Below, one piece after another: positions 19,051 through 40,799 of a stretch of 64,000 nt of DNA; position 1 is the first letter of the stretch, and each line of letters starts with the position of its first letter. The stretch lies in assembly GCF_009914755.1 (NCBI RefSeq), contig NC_060933.1, one strand, 5' to 3'. The translations under genes and the position numbers were made by a program. The notes beneath the pieces were generated by a model, which worked only from the letters and a program-made list of their open reading frames with translations, searched no databases and was not told where the DNA came from. The stretch is from the human T2T-CHM13v2.0 reference genome, Homo sapiens.

Positions 19051-19329
19051 AATGTCATGCATAAATACTTTACTAGCATAGTGGCAATATTCTAATAGAA
19101 ATATTGCTGCTCTGATACTTTTTTACTTAAAAAGCAAGTTAAAAACATGTTTTGGGATGAGGAAAGTGATATGGAGGACTTGTTTAGGTTTTATGTAGTA
19201 CAGCATTAGGGATATTGATAAAGCTGTCATTTAAGATGATAAAAATTCATCTGCCCTTGCATTGTACAGCTGTACTTCTATAAAGTGTCACAGAGTGGGG
19301 TCTACCACTTATTTTTTTAATGAAATTTA

Positions 19330-19620
<291 letters not shown>

Positions 19621-19624
19621 GTTT

Positions 19625-20975
<1,351 letters not shown>

Positions 20976-21275
20976 TTTTGATTCTCCATGTGGGACACAG
21001 GTTGTAGGCTTCCTATTCCCTTTAAGCTCATCTATCTGATGATACATTTCATAGTGAATTTATCTTCATGGACCTACCAGGAAGCAGTGCTACTCTAAAT
21101 CAATCTGTGAGAGCATGACTGAGGTTTATCTTTGACTGCAGGAATGAGTGAGCTTTGTTAACATTTTCTAGGCCAAATTATTTTGGCCATCCTTTATGAT
21201 GAGACATTCTGAAGTCTCAAGTTCATTTGTTGGAACAGATCCAAATGATTTATTGAGTTGAAACAAATCTGGCTA

Positions 21276-21562
21276 TTTTTTGAGAGGGGTTTTCGCTCTT
21301 GTTGCCCAGGCTGGAGTGCAATGGCACAATCTTGGTCATCACAACCTCCACCTCCCGGGCTCAAGTGATTCTCCTACCTCAGCCTCCCGAGTAGCTGGGA
21401 TTACAGGCATGTGCCACGATGCCTGACTAATTTTGTATTTTTAGTAGAGATGGGATTTCTCCATGTTGGTCAGGCTGGTCTCAAACTCCCAACCTCAGGT
21501 GATCTGCTTGCCTCGGCCTCCCAAAATGCTGGGATTTCAGGGATGAGCCACCGTACCCGGCC
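21276..21562 (-). mobile_element. Alu (Sp-like)
   Basis: Antisense dimer. Confidence 0.93.
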
Positions 21563-21647
21563 TGAATTGGGCTTTTCTTTCAAGTATCCCTACAGCCGAT
21601 CTTATTGCTGACATCTATGTAGAGGCATGGGAACTTCCACCCAGCTG

Positions 21648-21914
21648 AAGAAGATACACACGTGGGAGGTGGCCATGTGAAGACAGAAGCAGAGATTGGA
21701 GTTATGTCTACAAGCCAAGATAAGCCAAGGGTTGCTAGCAGCCATCAGAAACTAGGAAAGGCATGGAATGAATTCTCCCCCAGAGCCATCACAGAAAACC
21801 AACTCTGCCAACATCTTGACTTTTAACTTGTGGCCTCAACTATGAGAGAATAACTTTGCTTTAAGCCATCACATTTGTGGTAACTTGTTATGGCAGCACT
21901 AAGAAATGAATACA
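21648..21914 (+). mobile_element. MaLR LTR (MLT1B/C-like) 3' part
   Basis: ggccatgtgaagacagaagcagagattggag...gttatggcagcactaagaaatgaataca. Confidence 0.85.
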
Positions 21915-22304
21915 CTAAAGACCTGATTTCAAAGCTGCCTGGCATAAGCTGGTGCTCAATAAAAGCTCGCGGAGCTGAGTTAGGTTGTGAATATTCCTTA
22001 GCAAGGACCTGGACCTCTCTTTGTGTGTGTTGAACAAGAATAACTGAACGTGAGCTCTTTTTCCTGATTTGTTTCCCTAACTAAAATTTAGTAGCTTGGA
22101 TCAGAGAGATGGTCCCAGTTTCCTGTAGATCTTGTGGAATTAGAGTAAATGTGACCTATTTTCCTCTTTAATGGCATCAAGGCTGGGGCATTCTGAGTGT
22201 GAATCACCATGGATAGTGACACATTTTTTATTGGCAAGGGGACCGGCCTTATTTTGGTAGATGAGTTGTTATTTTCCTCTGATTCAGCTTAAGTTTAGTA
22301 CTGA

Positions 22305-22775
<471 letters not shown>

Positions 22776-23076
22776 TAACCACCTTATTTAGCCAGACTAG
22801 TGGGTCCTGGCAGACTCCTAGGTGTGGACCATTGGTTATTAACCAGTCACCATGTATTGTTCCCATGTGTAGACCAAGAACTAGACATTTGAAGGGGATG
22901 TGGATTTCTTCTTCCTGAACAAGTCACTTCTTCTATATAGTGGGAAAACATCCAAACTAATTCTACCACATATTTTCAGATTATAAGGTGACATTCAATA
23001 TTCCTGGCTGTCACTATGTTTTTCCCTTGTTCCTTTTCCTATATTTCCTGCCAAATTAGGAGACAGAGATACATGA

Positions 23077-23792
<716 letters not shown>

Positions 23793-24089
23793 AATTATTT
23801 TAAATAGCTGTGAATTCAAGCAAATATATCTGAAGATTTACTGACAAACAAGGAGCTTTGTTCTTGAATCTATGGCAGCTTCAGAGAAATTAAGACTGCT
23901 TTAAAAATGAGTATTTTTCTAATGTATTGTAGCAACAAAAGTTACATTCAACTATATATAGAATAAAATGTTTTAAAATCATACTGTAGTTTGTTAAGGC
24001 ATACAATAATAGAAAGTCATCTTGGGATCTCACGAGTAACGTTCAACTCTTTAGAAACCAGGTTAACTCTGCATAGTTCTGGTCTAGAC

Positions 24090-24348
24090 CTGTGCCATCT
24101 AACTTGGCCACTATGCACATGTGGCTACTGAGCATTTGAAATGTGGCTGGTCCAAACTGAGATGCATCATCAATGTAACATACACACTGGATTTCAAAGA
24201 CTTGGTATGAGAAAATATAAAGTATCTTAATATTACAGTAGAAATATTTTGGCATATTGGACTGAATATTAAAAATAATTTCAACTGTTTTTAATGTGGC
24301 TCACAAAATTTAAAATCATGTGGCTAATTACACTTTATTGAACGGCCT
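24090..24348. mobile_element. MER33-like hAT MITE
   Basis: cacatgtggctactgagcatttgaaatgtggct motif. Confidence 0.8.
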
Positions 24349-24426
24349 TGTTCATCCAGTTCATTAAAGTGTACAAGAGAGCTGAAACATTGGCTGTGTG
24401 ATGTGATCCCATTCATAAGAATCTCA

Positions 24427-24795
<369 letters not shown>

Positions 24796-25286
24796 TTATA
24801 TATGCTTCTGCATGGAAAGGCCACATAGCCTATGCTTACAGGCCCTTGGCCAGAACCATGCCCCTCCATGACTTATGTAAGTAGGGTGACTTGGGATAGT
24901 GCATGGGTACTTAGCAGTAAATGCCTCTGTCATAAGACATGGTGTTAAGTTTTGGGTTTCTTGAAACATTCAAAGTTAAACACAAGTACTCTTCTACGTA
25001 TGTTGGAAAAAGGAGGGAATAAAATCAGGATGTGGTCACTTCTGTCAGAGGAGTACTGGAGCCAGTCAAGAGGGTAAAATCTTAATTAACAAAGCCTATG
25101 TAGATTGTTTATATTTCCTTCCTTTTTTAGTCAAAGGAAAACTATTATACAAACATATATGGAAAATGACAAGCAGAGGCTCCTCCTTCCATATTATGTT
25201 GACAGTAAGTTGTATATAAACTGTAGCTAATGTGGACAAATCTAAATAGTTGTCTATTGCAGTCTTGTAGAAAGAACTCTAGTTGA

Positions 25287-26239
<953 letters not shown>

Positions 26240-26457
26240 AATATATAAATATGTACCATATGTTACAACGCTAGTTACTTTTGCATTTCTAAGTTGTTTA
26301 CACAAATGCAGAAATACAGAATCTGGCAGCCAGTAATTCAACCCAGCTCTATCTTCCTGCTGCTATCTATCTCTCCATCCCCATGCATATACAACCCTTC
26401 CCCATCCCTAACACAGTGACATGAAACACAACAGATGTTTTAAGTGTACATCATACA

Positions 26458-26463
26458 TTTATT
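26458..26463 (-). terminator. Distal polyadenylation signal AATAAA
   Basis: tttatt on + strand; downstream GU-rich element (tgttgtgtttcatgtcactgtgtt, ~26433-26410) and upstream UGUA motifs. Confidence 0.8.
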
Positions 26464-27772
26464 ACCAACAACCCTCTCAACTCCAAAATTGGGCACAGGG
26501 ATTAAAAATAAAAATTCATTGCACTACTTAGTAAAGCATTACTAGTAACTTTCATAAAAAATGTACAAACTTTGTTAAAAATTTATCAAGCCTTCAAATG
26601 ATTTGGTTACAGATATTTATAATACATACATTTAAAACTATATGTTAACTGATACAATGGAATATGATTTGAGAAAATGACTCAGCAAATGATTCCAAAA
26701 AACACCCCTGTGAGCTTTCACAATCTGAAACGGCAAAATGAGGTAACCAAATGTACCAACAGGGGGACAAACAAACAGCTTTCTAATGAAAAGGCCCAAA
26801 GATAATCTGTGAAAAATATTCTCACAAGTGAGTCGGTAGATCTCATTCAAAATTATTCTAAGAGGCCCAAATTTAAGAATCTTAACAAATCACATTTCAG
26901 ATAGTATATAAAATCTAAATATGCTTTCACATTTTCCAGATTTTGCTCAAAAAATTAAGGACAGAAAATCCTAATATGAGATCTTGATACCTGGAGGCCT
27001 TATTTTTTTGAGGGGCTGGGGGTTAAAAAAACACCAAAGATGACAATTCATGCCAAAAAACAAACAAGAACCCACAAAAAACCCACAGCTGAGTTAAGAT
27101 GGTAAAGCCAATATTATTTTAGGAGGAAAGAGGACGAAGGCCAATGAACCAACATCTGCCTGCTATCTGGTGCATCACCCAAGGTGACCAATGGCTGGGC
27201 ACAAATAAACTTCTCTTTTGCTAGCCACAGAGTTGCTCACTGTGGCAAGCCTGAGCTGGTCAGAACACCTGTGTGTGTGTTCCTGATACACACTAACCAC
27301 AATAAGCAAGTCTGCACACATCTCTATGAGCCCCATGCAAAGACAAGACATTCCCAAAGATCAGTCACTAGAGTGCAACAACGAAATTCAAGATTTGACC
27401 AAAACAGACCCTGCTGCCTCCTAAATTGCCAATTGCCTCTCAAAAACTTACAGAAAAAGGGACATTATAAGAATTCATAGAGGGAGAGAAGAAAAAGCTG
27501 CTACTCCTAGTCATTAGTACAATGTGCTGTGTTAATTAGATACCTCTATATAAATTAGAAAAAGTGCTTTACTTGCATGCTTCAATAAAATGAATACTGA
27601 GTGTCGTAGTGTTAGATCTGTACAGATATAAATTTTTTGCAGCTATATAAAAGTGTATAAGATGGGCTTTTGCCATTTTAAACATGATTTTTTTTCATTA
27701 AAAAAGATTAAACTATATGTGATTTGTATGTAGCTGATTATTATGCCAAGAATTTTGGTCTTTAACACACTT

Positions 27773-27778
27773 TTTATT
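27773..27778 (-). terminator. Candidate proximal polyadenylation signal AATAAA
   Basis: tttatt on + strand inside the 3'UTR; usage not shown. Confidence 0.35.
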
Positions 27779-29789
27779 CATCAGGAACAGGTGAGGGATA
27801 TCCTAATGATTTAAAAGTAACATGTGCATTAACCATGTGCATTTTTACCACTATTTAGAAGTATTTCTGATGCACTGACAACCCTAGGGGCAAACACAGT
27901 ATGCAAAACCCTACTTGTAGGACTAGATAGAGGCAACAATGTCTCGCAAAGGGCAAAATTGTGCTTCTGTGAATTGACTTTACTTAACTCTAGGCTGTGA
28001 TGAGCTTATAGACACTTCAAGGGAGGGCAAGCAGCATGGCAGTAACAAGTAGTTAACACTGAGTGGAAAACTGACACAGAGCCAACTGAAAGTTGAGTGG
28101 GGCTGGCAGCAAGTTATCACAGTCCTGACTGGAATAATGCAGCTTGTGCTATTGCAAACAAAGCAATTACATCAACTGCAGGAAGAGGCAGACAATGTTG
28201 AATACACTAAAAGAATGAGAAAGTAATTTAAACATTGCTGGAAAAATGACTTTAAAGTGAATTATGCTCAAAGAACTTACTAAAAAAAACCCCATACAGC
28301 TATGTATTACATCAACTAAATGAAGGTCAACTCCTGTTTAACAGCATTATTTTTTTATACAAAAACCAAATCTTCATTTATACTGCAAGTATTCTGGACA
28401 CCTGTTGTATTAAACTTTTCTCATTCAAACAAAAATTAAAAGGAAAGGCAGTAAAATATCAAAACAAATCAGGTCTAAGGAACATGAGCTGTAACAGCAC
28501 TTGATCCATCCTGAAACCAGGGTTTCGATGAGAAGCACGTGTGATGAAGGAAGAACTAGACAACTTTCAGAATTGGAGTCTGGCAAGTGAATTAATATGA
28601 ACAGAAATAGAGTTTTCTTAAAACAATTGAGTTGCCCACAGGAGCTTGAACACAGAACACATATGAGAAGTCAAGCTGAATTAACAGGTTTTGTTCTGGT
28701 GGAAGTCAACAAGGTGAGACTTCATGGGACTAGTGGTCTTCTTAGAAATATATTAATCAAATATCTTCAGAATAGACTAGACTACAAATCTAAACATTAA
28801 AAAAAATCACAGGTACTTTCTGTAAGAAACTTACTGGAAATGTAAAGGAAAAAAAAGTATCAACATTCAAATCACTGATTGAAATGCTAATATTGCTAAC
28901 TGATGATATATGATATTGCACCTTCTTTTTGGAAACAGCAAGTTGGAGATTTAAAAATTTCCACAACAGAATAAAAAAAAACCAGGTTCATGGAGTGAGA
29001 ATTTGTTACACTTTTTTTTCTTAAGTGACCCACTTAGGACCACCAATAAAGAGAAGGTGACAGCTGCCTGAAGCAAAGGAAGAAGGCTTTTCTCATTCCA
29101 TTCACTGGGAGGGAAGGGGATGGAGTATTCAATGCTTGTAATTGATGCACCCTCAGCAATCAGTGTGCAACAGCAAACACAAGGGAAAAAAACCAGTGTA
29201 CAGTACTAGTGCTGTTTAAATAACACACCAGATTATACATTGCAGCATAATTAAAACTACACACACATTCTTGGTACATGCTGGTATATAGGATCTCATA
29301 CACACGTTAGCTACCATGCCCTCACACAAGTAGTTGCACACACTCACACAGATACACTTATCACCAACAGTCATACGCTGCGCATTCATTTCCACTCACA
29401 GTTTCTGAAGGCTCTATATAAGGTAGATTGCTATATCATCTGTAGCTACCACTTTTTATAAAAGCACATGCTAAAAGATCACGTCCACTGTAATCTTGCA
29501 GCAACACTCGGAATGATCACACAAAAACCAGGGAATGTTAGTGCACACACAAAATTAAGCTAAAGAAAAAGTCTTTGGAGTTCCAATCACACGGTTAGTA
29601 TAACAATCCCATAACTGTGAAGACTAATTGTAAGCTTTTATAGTTGATTAAGTCACACAGTGCAAAGAAAGGTCCATTGACCCTTTTGGTAAAGGGAGGG
29701 CTGGAAGCCACACAGATTAAGTTCAATGGATAGTCCGTATATACATGTGATGAGGAACACCCAAACTAAATTTGTGCTTCTTAGGTTGG

Positions 29790-29852
29790 TCATTCTGAAT
29801 CCCGATGCACTTCTGAAGCATCAGCTCGGCAAATTGGGCAAGTACGATTTGC
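29790..29852 (-). CDS. RNF38: RNF38 last coding segment (ANRTCPICRADASEVHRDSE*)
   Basis: Acceptor ttttgttttgtag|GCA; final CPIC of the RING-H2; TGA at 29792-29790. Confidence 0.97.
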   Translation of the reverse strand, partial: ANRTCPICRADASEVHRDSE

Positions 29853-30016
29853 CTACAAAACAAAAAGGAAAACTTGTTTAAATTGTGACACATACAATGA
29901 AACACATTCAAAGCAATGGAACTACTTTTACTTCCCACAGTTTTTACATTCTTTCTTCCTCTGAAGAGGTACAAAGCAATTTTTGCCTTTTTTTAACCCA
30001 TAAACCTCCGAATTAG

Positions 30017-30721
<705 letters not shown>

Positions 30722-31635
30722 TAATGGAATGAAGTCACAGAAAACATTTAGTGGTACCGAGGAAAGCTTGATTGTAAAATAGGTGACTGACTCTATACTG
30801 ATAGCTCTACTTACTCACCTGTTCCCTGGCTCCTAAATTTGCTTTCTCCATTTCAACAAATGGGACCATAATTTGTGGAGTTGCTAATGCCAGACACATA
30901 AGCATCACCTGCTCTCCTACTTCCTACAACCCCATTATTCAGCACATAATCTTATTTCTGCATTACAGTAATTCTCAAATCAGTCCCTCTTTTCATCTAG
31001 TTGCTACTATCCATTCTCTGGCCCACCATGTCTTTATTCTATCTCCCTGTCTCTCAGAAATTACCTCTTTTATTAGAACAGTGGCCAGAAATCCTTCTAT
31101 AAAACAGTCTGTTATATACTTCCCAAATGCTTTCAGGATCACACTAAACTCCTTTACGCTTCAGAGTGGCTTCACAACAAGCCGCTCATTGATTTTATCT
31201 CTGAACACCTTTTCTTTTCCCACTCTTCCTCACATTCCAACTATCAGCCACACGGAACTTGTGGTTTTCTGATTCTCTGTCCGCACGTGTCAGGGATTTA
31301 CACATATAATGCTTTCCTTTTAAAATAATTTAAGACTCTTTGTCTTCAGGATTGAGTTTGGGCTAAACTAGATCTCTGGAACTGTGCTCCCTCAGAACTG
31401 ACTTTATCTTCCTCACCAAATAGTAAGGTTATCTAGTTTTATCCAAACCGGAACACTTAATTTAAAAAATAACATAAATTTGACTATATTTTTTTTATAT
31501 AGTCATGGAGCCACTGCACCCAGCCTATTAAAATTCTTTTACTGTATCACATTTTACTGTATCACAATTTGAGACTATGAAACTATGAAGAGTAAAAAAG
31601 CAGCTTTTGTAAACTTTTTTTTTTAAACATTAAAT

Positions 31636-31847
31636 AGCCAGGTGCAGTATATAATCCCAACACTTTGGGAGGCTGAGGTGGGAGGATTGCTTGGGCCCAA
31701 GAGTTCCAGACCAGTCTGGGCAACATAGTGACACCCAGTCTCGCTTGAGCCTGGGATGTCAAGGCTACATTGAGCCATGACTGTACCGCTGCACTCCAGA
31801 CTGGGTGACACACTGAGACCCTGTTTCAAAATATATATATATATATA
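31636..31847 (+). mobile_element. Internally deleted AluJ with (AT)n tail
   Basis: Left-arm end fused to tcgcttgagcctggg. Confidence 0.85.
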
Positions 31848-32300
31848 GAAGCCCCTGCAATAATTTCACTCTGGCATAGCCACTCTTAGGATTTGTGTCC
31901 TTTGTGCTTTTGTTCATATATACAAAGGAGAAAATGGTCAGAATTAAATAAAAACACTAGATGTATTTTTCTCCATGCTAACCTCTGAAAATAGAGCTAT
32001 AATTAGGTAGCCTTCTAAACTCTCAAACTGTGGCCTAGCAAGTTCGGGCCTTGTCCCTATATACCATGAAAAAGGACATACTGATTGTCAAGAGGTCATC
32101 CATTTTGGATTTTGTATAGTCACTCCTATGTTGTTGACTGCAGTTAATTTTTACTGGCCTTTTCTCCTCATTTGCAGAGATCATACTGAAAGCTGTGTTT
32201 CCATTTTGTCTTCCTTCCTGTCCACTGAGCTATGAACTTACTCTAATCCATGGTCAATAAAATAGAAAATTCAATGTCATTTCCTTTAAAGATGTCATCA

Positions 32301-32474
<174 letters not shown>

Positions 32475-32659
32475 CTACAAGATAATTTATTCTGTTATCA
32501 AAACGTCACTTAAATTTTTAAACAAAATTATCAACCAATACCCTGAAAAAATTGTGATGTTAAGGCAGTAAGAGTTTTGCTTTGCTGACAGATTAGCAAG
32601 AAAATTTCTAGTTAACATCAAGTCAATCTTAATACCAAAGATTCTATACTATTTTAAAA

Positions 32660-34368
32660 AAAATGGTATTAGAACTGGATGTCCACATACAAAAGAATAA
32701 AGGTGGACCCCTACCTCATACCATATATAAAAACTGACTCAAATGGATCAAAAGCTTAAGTGTTAAGAGCTGATCTATTAACCTCTTAGAAGAAAACACA
32801 GTAAATTTTCATGACCTTGGATTAGACAATGGTTTCTTGGAGATGACATTAAAAGCACAAGAATTAACAACAAAAAAAGAAATGCAGTTGTTCTTCAGTA
32901 TTTGAGGGGGATTGATTTCTAGGACCTGCAATGGATACTAAAATCTGCAGATGTTCAAATCCTTTATATACAATGGTATAGTATTTGTGACCTATGCACA
33001 CCCTCCCATATGCTTTAAAATCATCACTATAATACTTAATACAATGTAAGTGCTATGTAAATAGTTGTTATACTGTATTGTTCTTTATTTGTACTATGTA
33101 TTGCTCTATTGTTATTTTCTATTTTTATTTTTTCCTGAATATTTTCAATCTTTGGTTGGTTGAATACAGAGGGCTTAGTGTAGGCTGAAATAAACCAAAA
33201 TCAAAATTTAAACATTTTGTGCTTCAAAGGACATCACTGAAAAACTCAACAATCCACAGAATGGCAAAACATTTTTTTTACACTTTTTATTATTCTATTC
33301 CTCAGAGATCCCTGTTCTGAGAGAAGACATTTTTGAAGATAATTTATCTGGTGAGATCTATAATATGTATAAAACCTCTACAACTCAATAATACAAAGAC
33401 AAACCAATTTATGGAAAATGAAGCAAGGATCAGAATAGACATTTCTGGAAAGAAGGTACACAAATGGCTAGTAGCACATGAAAACACACTCAAGATCATT
33501 AGCCATCAGGGAAATGCAAATCAAATCTGCAGGAAATACCACTTCACAACCACTAGACTGGCTATAATAAAAAAAAATAGACAATATAGAGTGATTCAAA
33601 GCCATTATTTAGCTTTGGCATTATTCAATCCCAAAGTGGAAACCCAAATGTCCATCCACCGACGAAAAAAAAATATGATCTATACAATGGAATATTATTT
33701 GGCCATAAAAAGAAATGACTTACCAGTAAAAGCTACAATATAGAAAAAGTTATGCTAAGTGAAAGATGCTAGACACAAAAAGACCCTATATTGTATGACC
33801 CCATTTATGTGTAATCTATATAGACACAGTGTAGACTGGGGATGGGGAGGAGGCACCAAGGTGAGGTAGAAATATGACGAGTGTTGCCAGTGGGTGAGGG
33901 GTTTTGTTTTAGGGTGATGCAATGGGTCTAAATTTGATTGTGGTGATAGTTACACAGCTCTATGAATATACAAAAAACCACTGAATTGTACTTTTTAAAT
34001 TATTATTATTTTTGAGATGGAGTCTTGCTCTGTCACCCAGGCTGGAGTGCAGTGGTGTGATCTCGGCTCACTGCAACCTCCACCTCCTGGGCTCAAGCAA
34101 TTCTCCCTGCCTCAGCCTTTCGAGTAGCTGGGATTACAGGTGCCTGCCACCATGTCCAGCTAATTTTTGTATTTTTAGTAGAGACAGGGTTTTGCCATGT
34201 TGGCCAGGCTGGTCTCAAGCTCCTGACCATAGGTGATCCACTCGCCTCAGCCTCCCAGAGTGCTGGGATTACATGTGTGAGCCACTGCGCCCGGCCTGAA
34301 TTGTACATTTTAAATGAGTGGAATTTTATGGTATGTAAATTATATATCAATAAAGCTATTTTTAAAAG
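32660..34368 (+). mobile_element. L1M 3' portion carrying MER2 (~32885-33180) and an antisense Alu (~34000-34296)
   Basis: L1 motifs (gacccctacctcataccatatataaaaa; MEYYLAIKRN); MER2 cagttgttcttcagtat... Confidence 0.8.
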
Positions 34369-34812
34369 ATCCCATATTAAGCAGAAATTTTAGGTAAGAA
34401 CCTCAAAACTTTATGTGCATGAATTTTCAATCTTGTGTGAAAACAAACATTCTAGAATGTGAATTAGAAACAAAATTGCTAAGCAACATAAAAATCCAGA
34501 ACAGCCCTAACAGAACTTTCTAAGATGACAGAAATGTTCTACATCCATACCACCCAACACAGCAGCTATTAGCTAGTACGACTAAGACATTTAATTTTTA
34601 ATTTAATTAGCTCTACATTGACTTACTGGACAAGCACTGGTTTAGACTATGAAATAAAGATAACTTATCTTTATCAAAGTTATCTCTGACTCCTAAGCAT
34701 TTTCTTTCAATTTTTTATTTCCTCTCCCAACTTTTACCTTAATGACTCTTAAGCTTTTATTTCATAAAGGTAGAAAAGGAAATTTAGCAGTGATGTCAGA
34801 AAAATTTACTTA

Positions 34813-34965
<153 letters not shown>

Positions 34966-34992
34966 CTATCTTTACATTTTGCATTCCAATAC

Positions 34993-35160
34993 TTTTTTTT
35001 TTTAAGAGATGGAGTCCTGCTATGTTGCCCAGGCTAGAGTATAGCGGCTGTTCACAGGCATGATCATTGTGCACTGTGGCCTCGAACTCCTGACCTCATG
35101 CAATACTCTTGCCTCAGCCTTCTGAGTATCTGGAGTTACAATTGCGTACCACTGCAGCCC
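34993..35160 (-). mobile_element. Fossil Alu monomer (FAM)
   Basis: ~165 nt monomer retaining the 7SL-derived segment gctgttcacaggcatgatc that dimeric Alus lack. Confidence 0.8.
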
Positions 35161-35384
35161 TATTAAAATAATTTTTTAAATGTTTCTTATGAAAAAATCT
35201 AAACACATACAAAAGGAGAAAAGTAACATTAATGAACCTTGATCTATCCATTACGCAGGTCAATAGTCCATGGCTAATCTTTTACCTATTACAATCTATC
35301 CTAAACCTCACCTTATTTTAAAACAAAACTGAAAGATGGTATCATTTCATTTGTATCAAGTGCATCTGTAAAACAAAGTTAGTA

Positions 35385-35578
35385 ACTTTGACCCTGTGAG
35401 CTGGATAATTCTTTGTTGTCGGGGCTGGCCTGGGGACTACAGGATGTTTTGCAGCATTCCTGGCCTCCCTCTACTCTCAGTGCCAGTTAACACCCCCTAG
35501 CTGTAACAACCAAAAATGTTTCCACACATTCCCAAATATCCCCTAGGGGACAAACTGTCCCCAGGTTGAGAATCGCTG
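35385..35578. mobile_element. MER20
   Basis: ggataattctttgttg, acaaccaaaaatgtttccacacatt, ggttgagaatcgctg. Confidence 0.85.
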
Positions 35579-36197
35579 CTCTAAAAAGATAGACTTTTTA
35601 GAATATAACCACAATGACATCATCACACCTAAAATATTAACACTAATTCTTTAACATCAAATGACCAATTAACGTTCAAATGTCTTTGTTTTCAATTCAA
35701 AACTTTAAAAAGTAGTTTGTTCAAATAAGGATCCAAACAAATCCGTAACTTACCATGGCCTAATATGTCTCAAGACTCTTTTTCACTCTTAAATTTGAAG
35801 AAACCAGGTTAATGAGCTGTAGAAATTCCCAGTTTGAAATCTGCTAAATGAACCTCCCATCCCTGACCCACTGGGTTTAACAAATCCCTTGCCCCCTTGT
35901 CCTATAAATAGGGAGATGTGAATACTTATACCATAAGACCCATCGTGTCCACTGGTTATGTTAGCAGCCAATGATGGAATACTGTCAAGATCCATTAATT
36001 CATTAAAAATGGCAAAACAGTAATATTCTTATTTTATCATTCTTCATTTATTAGAATACCTCATATTAAACAATACTCAGAATAATTTAGGTAGAATAGG
36101 ATAAATGAGACCACCTAATTTCTTTTATGAAGTATCCACCATCAACTCATGAACTTTAACATATTTGATGTGTTTCAATACTGTAATTATTATGCCC

Positions 36198-37163
<966 letters not shown>

Positions 37164-37278
37164 TTAGATAAAATTTATGATATCATTGATCATGATCTTT
37201 TATATCTCTTAGTACACAAAGGTCAACAAATACAATTTGTGACAGAATATGTTAAGTTCTTACAGTATAAAGACTACA

Positions 37279-39232
<1,954 letters not shown>

Positions 39233-39234
39233 TA

Positions 39235-40170
39235 AAGGATTCTCTTTTCTCTAGATTCTTGCCAATACTTACTGACTTTTTGAAAACAGCCATCCTAACA
39301 GGTATGAAGTGATATTTTATTGTGGTTTTGATTTACATTTCCCTGATTGCAATGTTGAGCACCTTTTCATATACCTGGTTGGACATTTTGTGTCTTCTTT
39401 GAGAAATGTCTATTCAGGTCCTCCACCCATTTTTTTTAAATTGGGTTATTCATTTTTTTTGCTACTGAGTTGTGTAAGTTCCTTGAATATTTTAAATATT
39501 AACCCCTTATCAGATGTTTTTCATATTTTCTCCCAACCTGTAGTCTGCCTTTCATTCTGCTGTTTCTTTCTTTTGCGGTACAGAAGCCTTTTAGTTCAAT
39601 GTAGTCCTAGTTATTTATTTTAGCTTTTGTTGCCTGTGCTTGTGGTGTGATGGCCAAAAAACCAATGCCATGGCCAATATCGAGGAGCTTTTCCCCTGTT
39701 TTCTTTCAGCACTTTTATCATTTCAGGTAGTAAGTTTAGGTCTTTAATCTATTTTGAGTTAACTTTCACGTATGGTGTAAAGGTCCAGTTTCATTCTTTT
39801 GCAGGTGGGTATCCAGTTTTCCCAACATTTCTTTTTTCTTTTTCAGACAGTCTTGCTCTGTCACTCAGCCCGGAGTACAATGGTGTGATCTTGGCTCACT
39901 GCAGCCTCCCCCTCCCGAGTAGCTGGGATTACAGGCACCCGCCACCACGCCTTGCTAATTTTAGTATTTTTATAGAAACGGGGTTTCACCATGTTGGCCA
40001 GGCTGGCCTCGAACTCCTGACCTCAGGTGATTTACCCGCCTTGGCCTCCCAAAATGCTGGGATTACAGGGTGAGCCACTGCGCTCAGCCTCCCAACACCA
40101 TTTCTTAAAGAGGCTATCCTTCCCCCATTGTGTTTTCTTGGGTGCCTTGTCAAAAACTGGTTGACTGTTG
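39235..40170 (-). mobile_element. L1 (MA/MB-type) ORF2 3' fragment with Alu (39827-40089, -)
   Basis: Antisense L1 motifs; Alu flanked by tcccaaca duplication. Confidence 0.85.
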
Positions 40171-40799
40171 TGTTCCTTTCTATTCGCAGTTCCTAAGGTT
40201 CAGAACATGCATGGTCTTATAATTTATTGCCTTACCTATTACAACATCTAAATGGGTTTCCTTGTCACCATTTTCTAACCACTCCCATCGATTACTTCAC
40301 AGTAGTGGCAGAGTTTGGACTCTTCACAAGTACTGATGCCATAAAGCACCAAAAACATTTAGTGGCTCCTTCCTCCTCCACAATATTCAAAATCATGTCC
40401 ACTCTGTAGCAAGCACTGAAGGACAACCAATTGAGCTTTTCAATCAACTGCCGATTTTCTCCCTTTTATGTTAACCACAGACCATCTGTTGATTCTCAAG
40501 AATGTCTAGCCCTTCTCTGCCTAAATCTTAAAGATGAAAAGCTTATACATTATTTAAGATCTAGCTCAAACATTTTGGCTTCCACAAAATCTTTTCAGCA
40601 TGCCTAATCAAAATTCACTGTTTTCTCATTTGCATTCTCATTGGAATTGTACGTAATTCTAATAGAGCACCAATCTACCTACCTGTTATCATAGCTATGT
40701 GGTATTACATATTCAAATATCCTTAAACATGTTAAAACATTTTTATGACATGTTTGTATCTTGAAATCCACAAAGTGTTTACCTAATACATGTTTAGAT

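Larger units (their letters stand above)
26440..29789 (-). other. RNF38: RNF38 3'UTR (~3.35 kb)
   Basis: Continuous AU-rich sequence with no recognisable repeats, from the stop codon to AATAAA; 3' end estimated ~20 nt past the signal. Confidence 0.85.

Noticed and set aside
21190-21215. ATGATGA...CTGA resembling snoRNA C/D boxes
   Set aside because: Boxes are only a few nt apart, intergenic, with no terminal stem
29723-29974. Alternative-frame ORF across the last RNF38 acceptor
   Set aside because: Starts in the intron and is out of frame with the RING; no support
31536-31570. Short duplication tttactgtatcaca x2
   Set aside because: Ordinary slippage-sized duplication with no further structure
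34993-35160. Possible 7SL RNA gene or pseudogene
   Set aside because: Lacks most of the S domain; size and A-tail fit a FAM SINE
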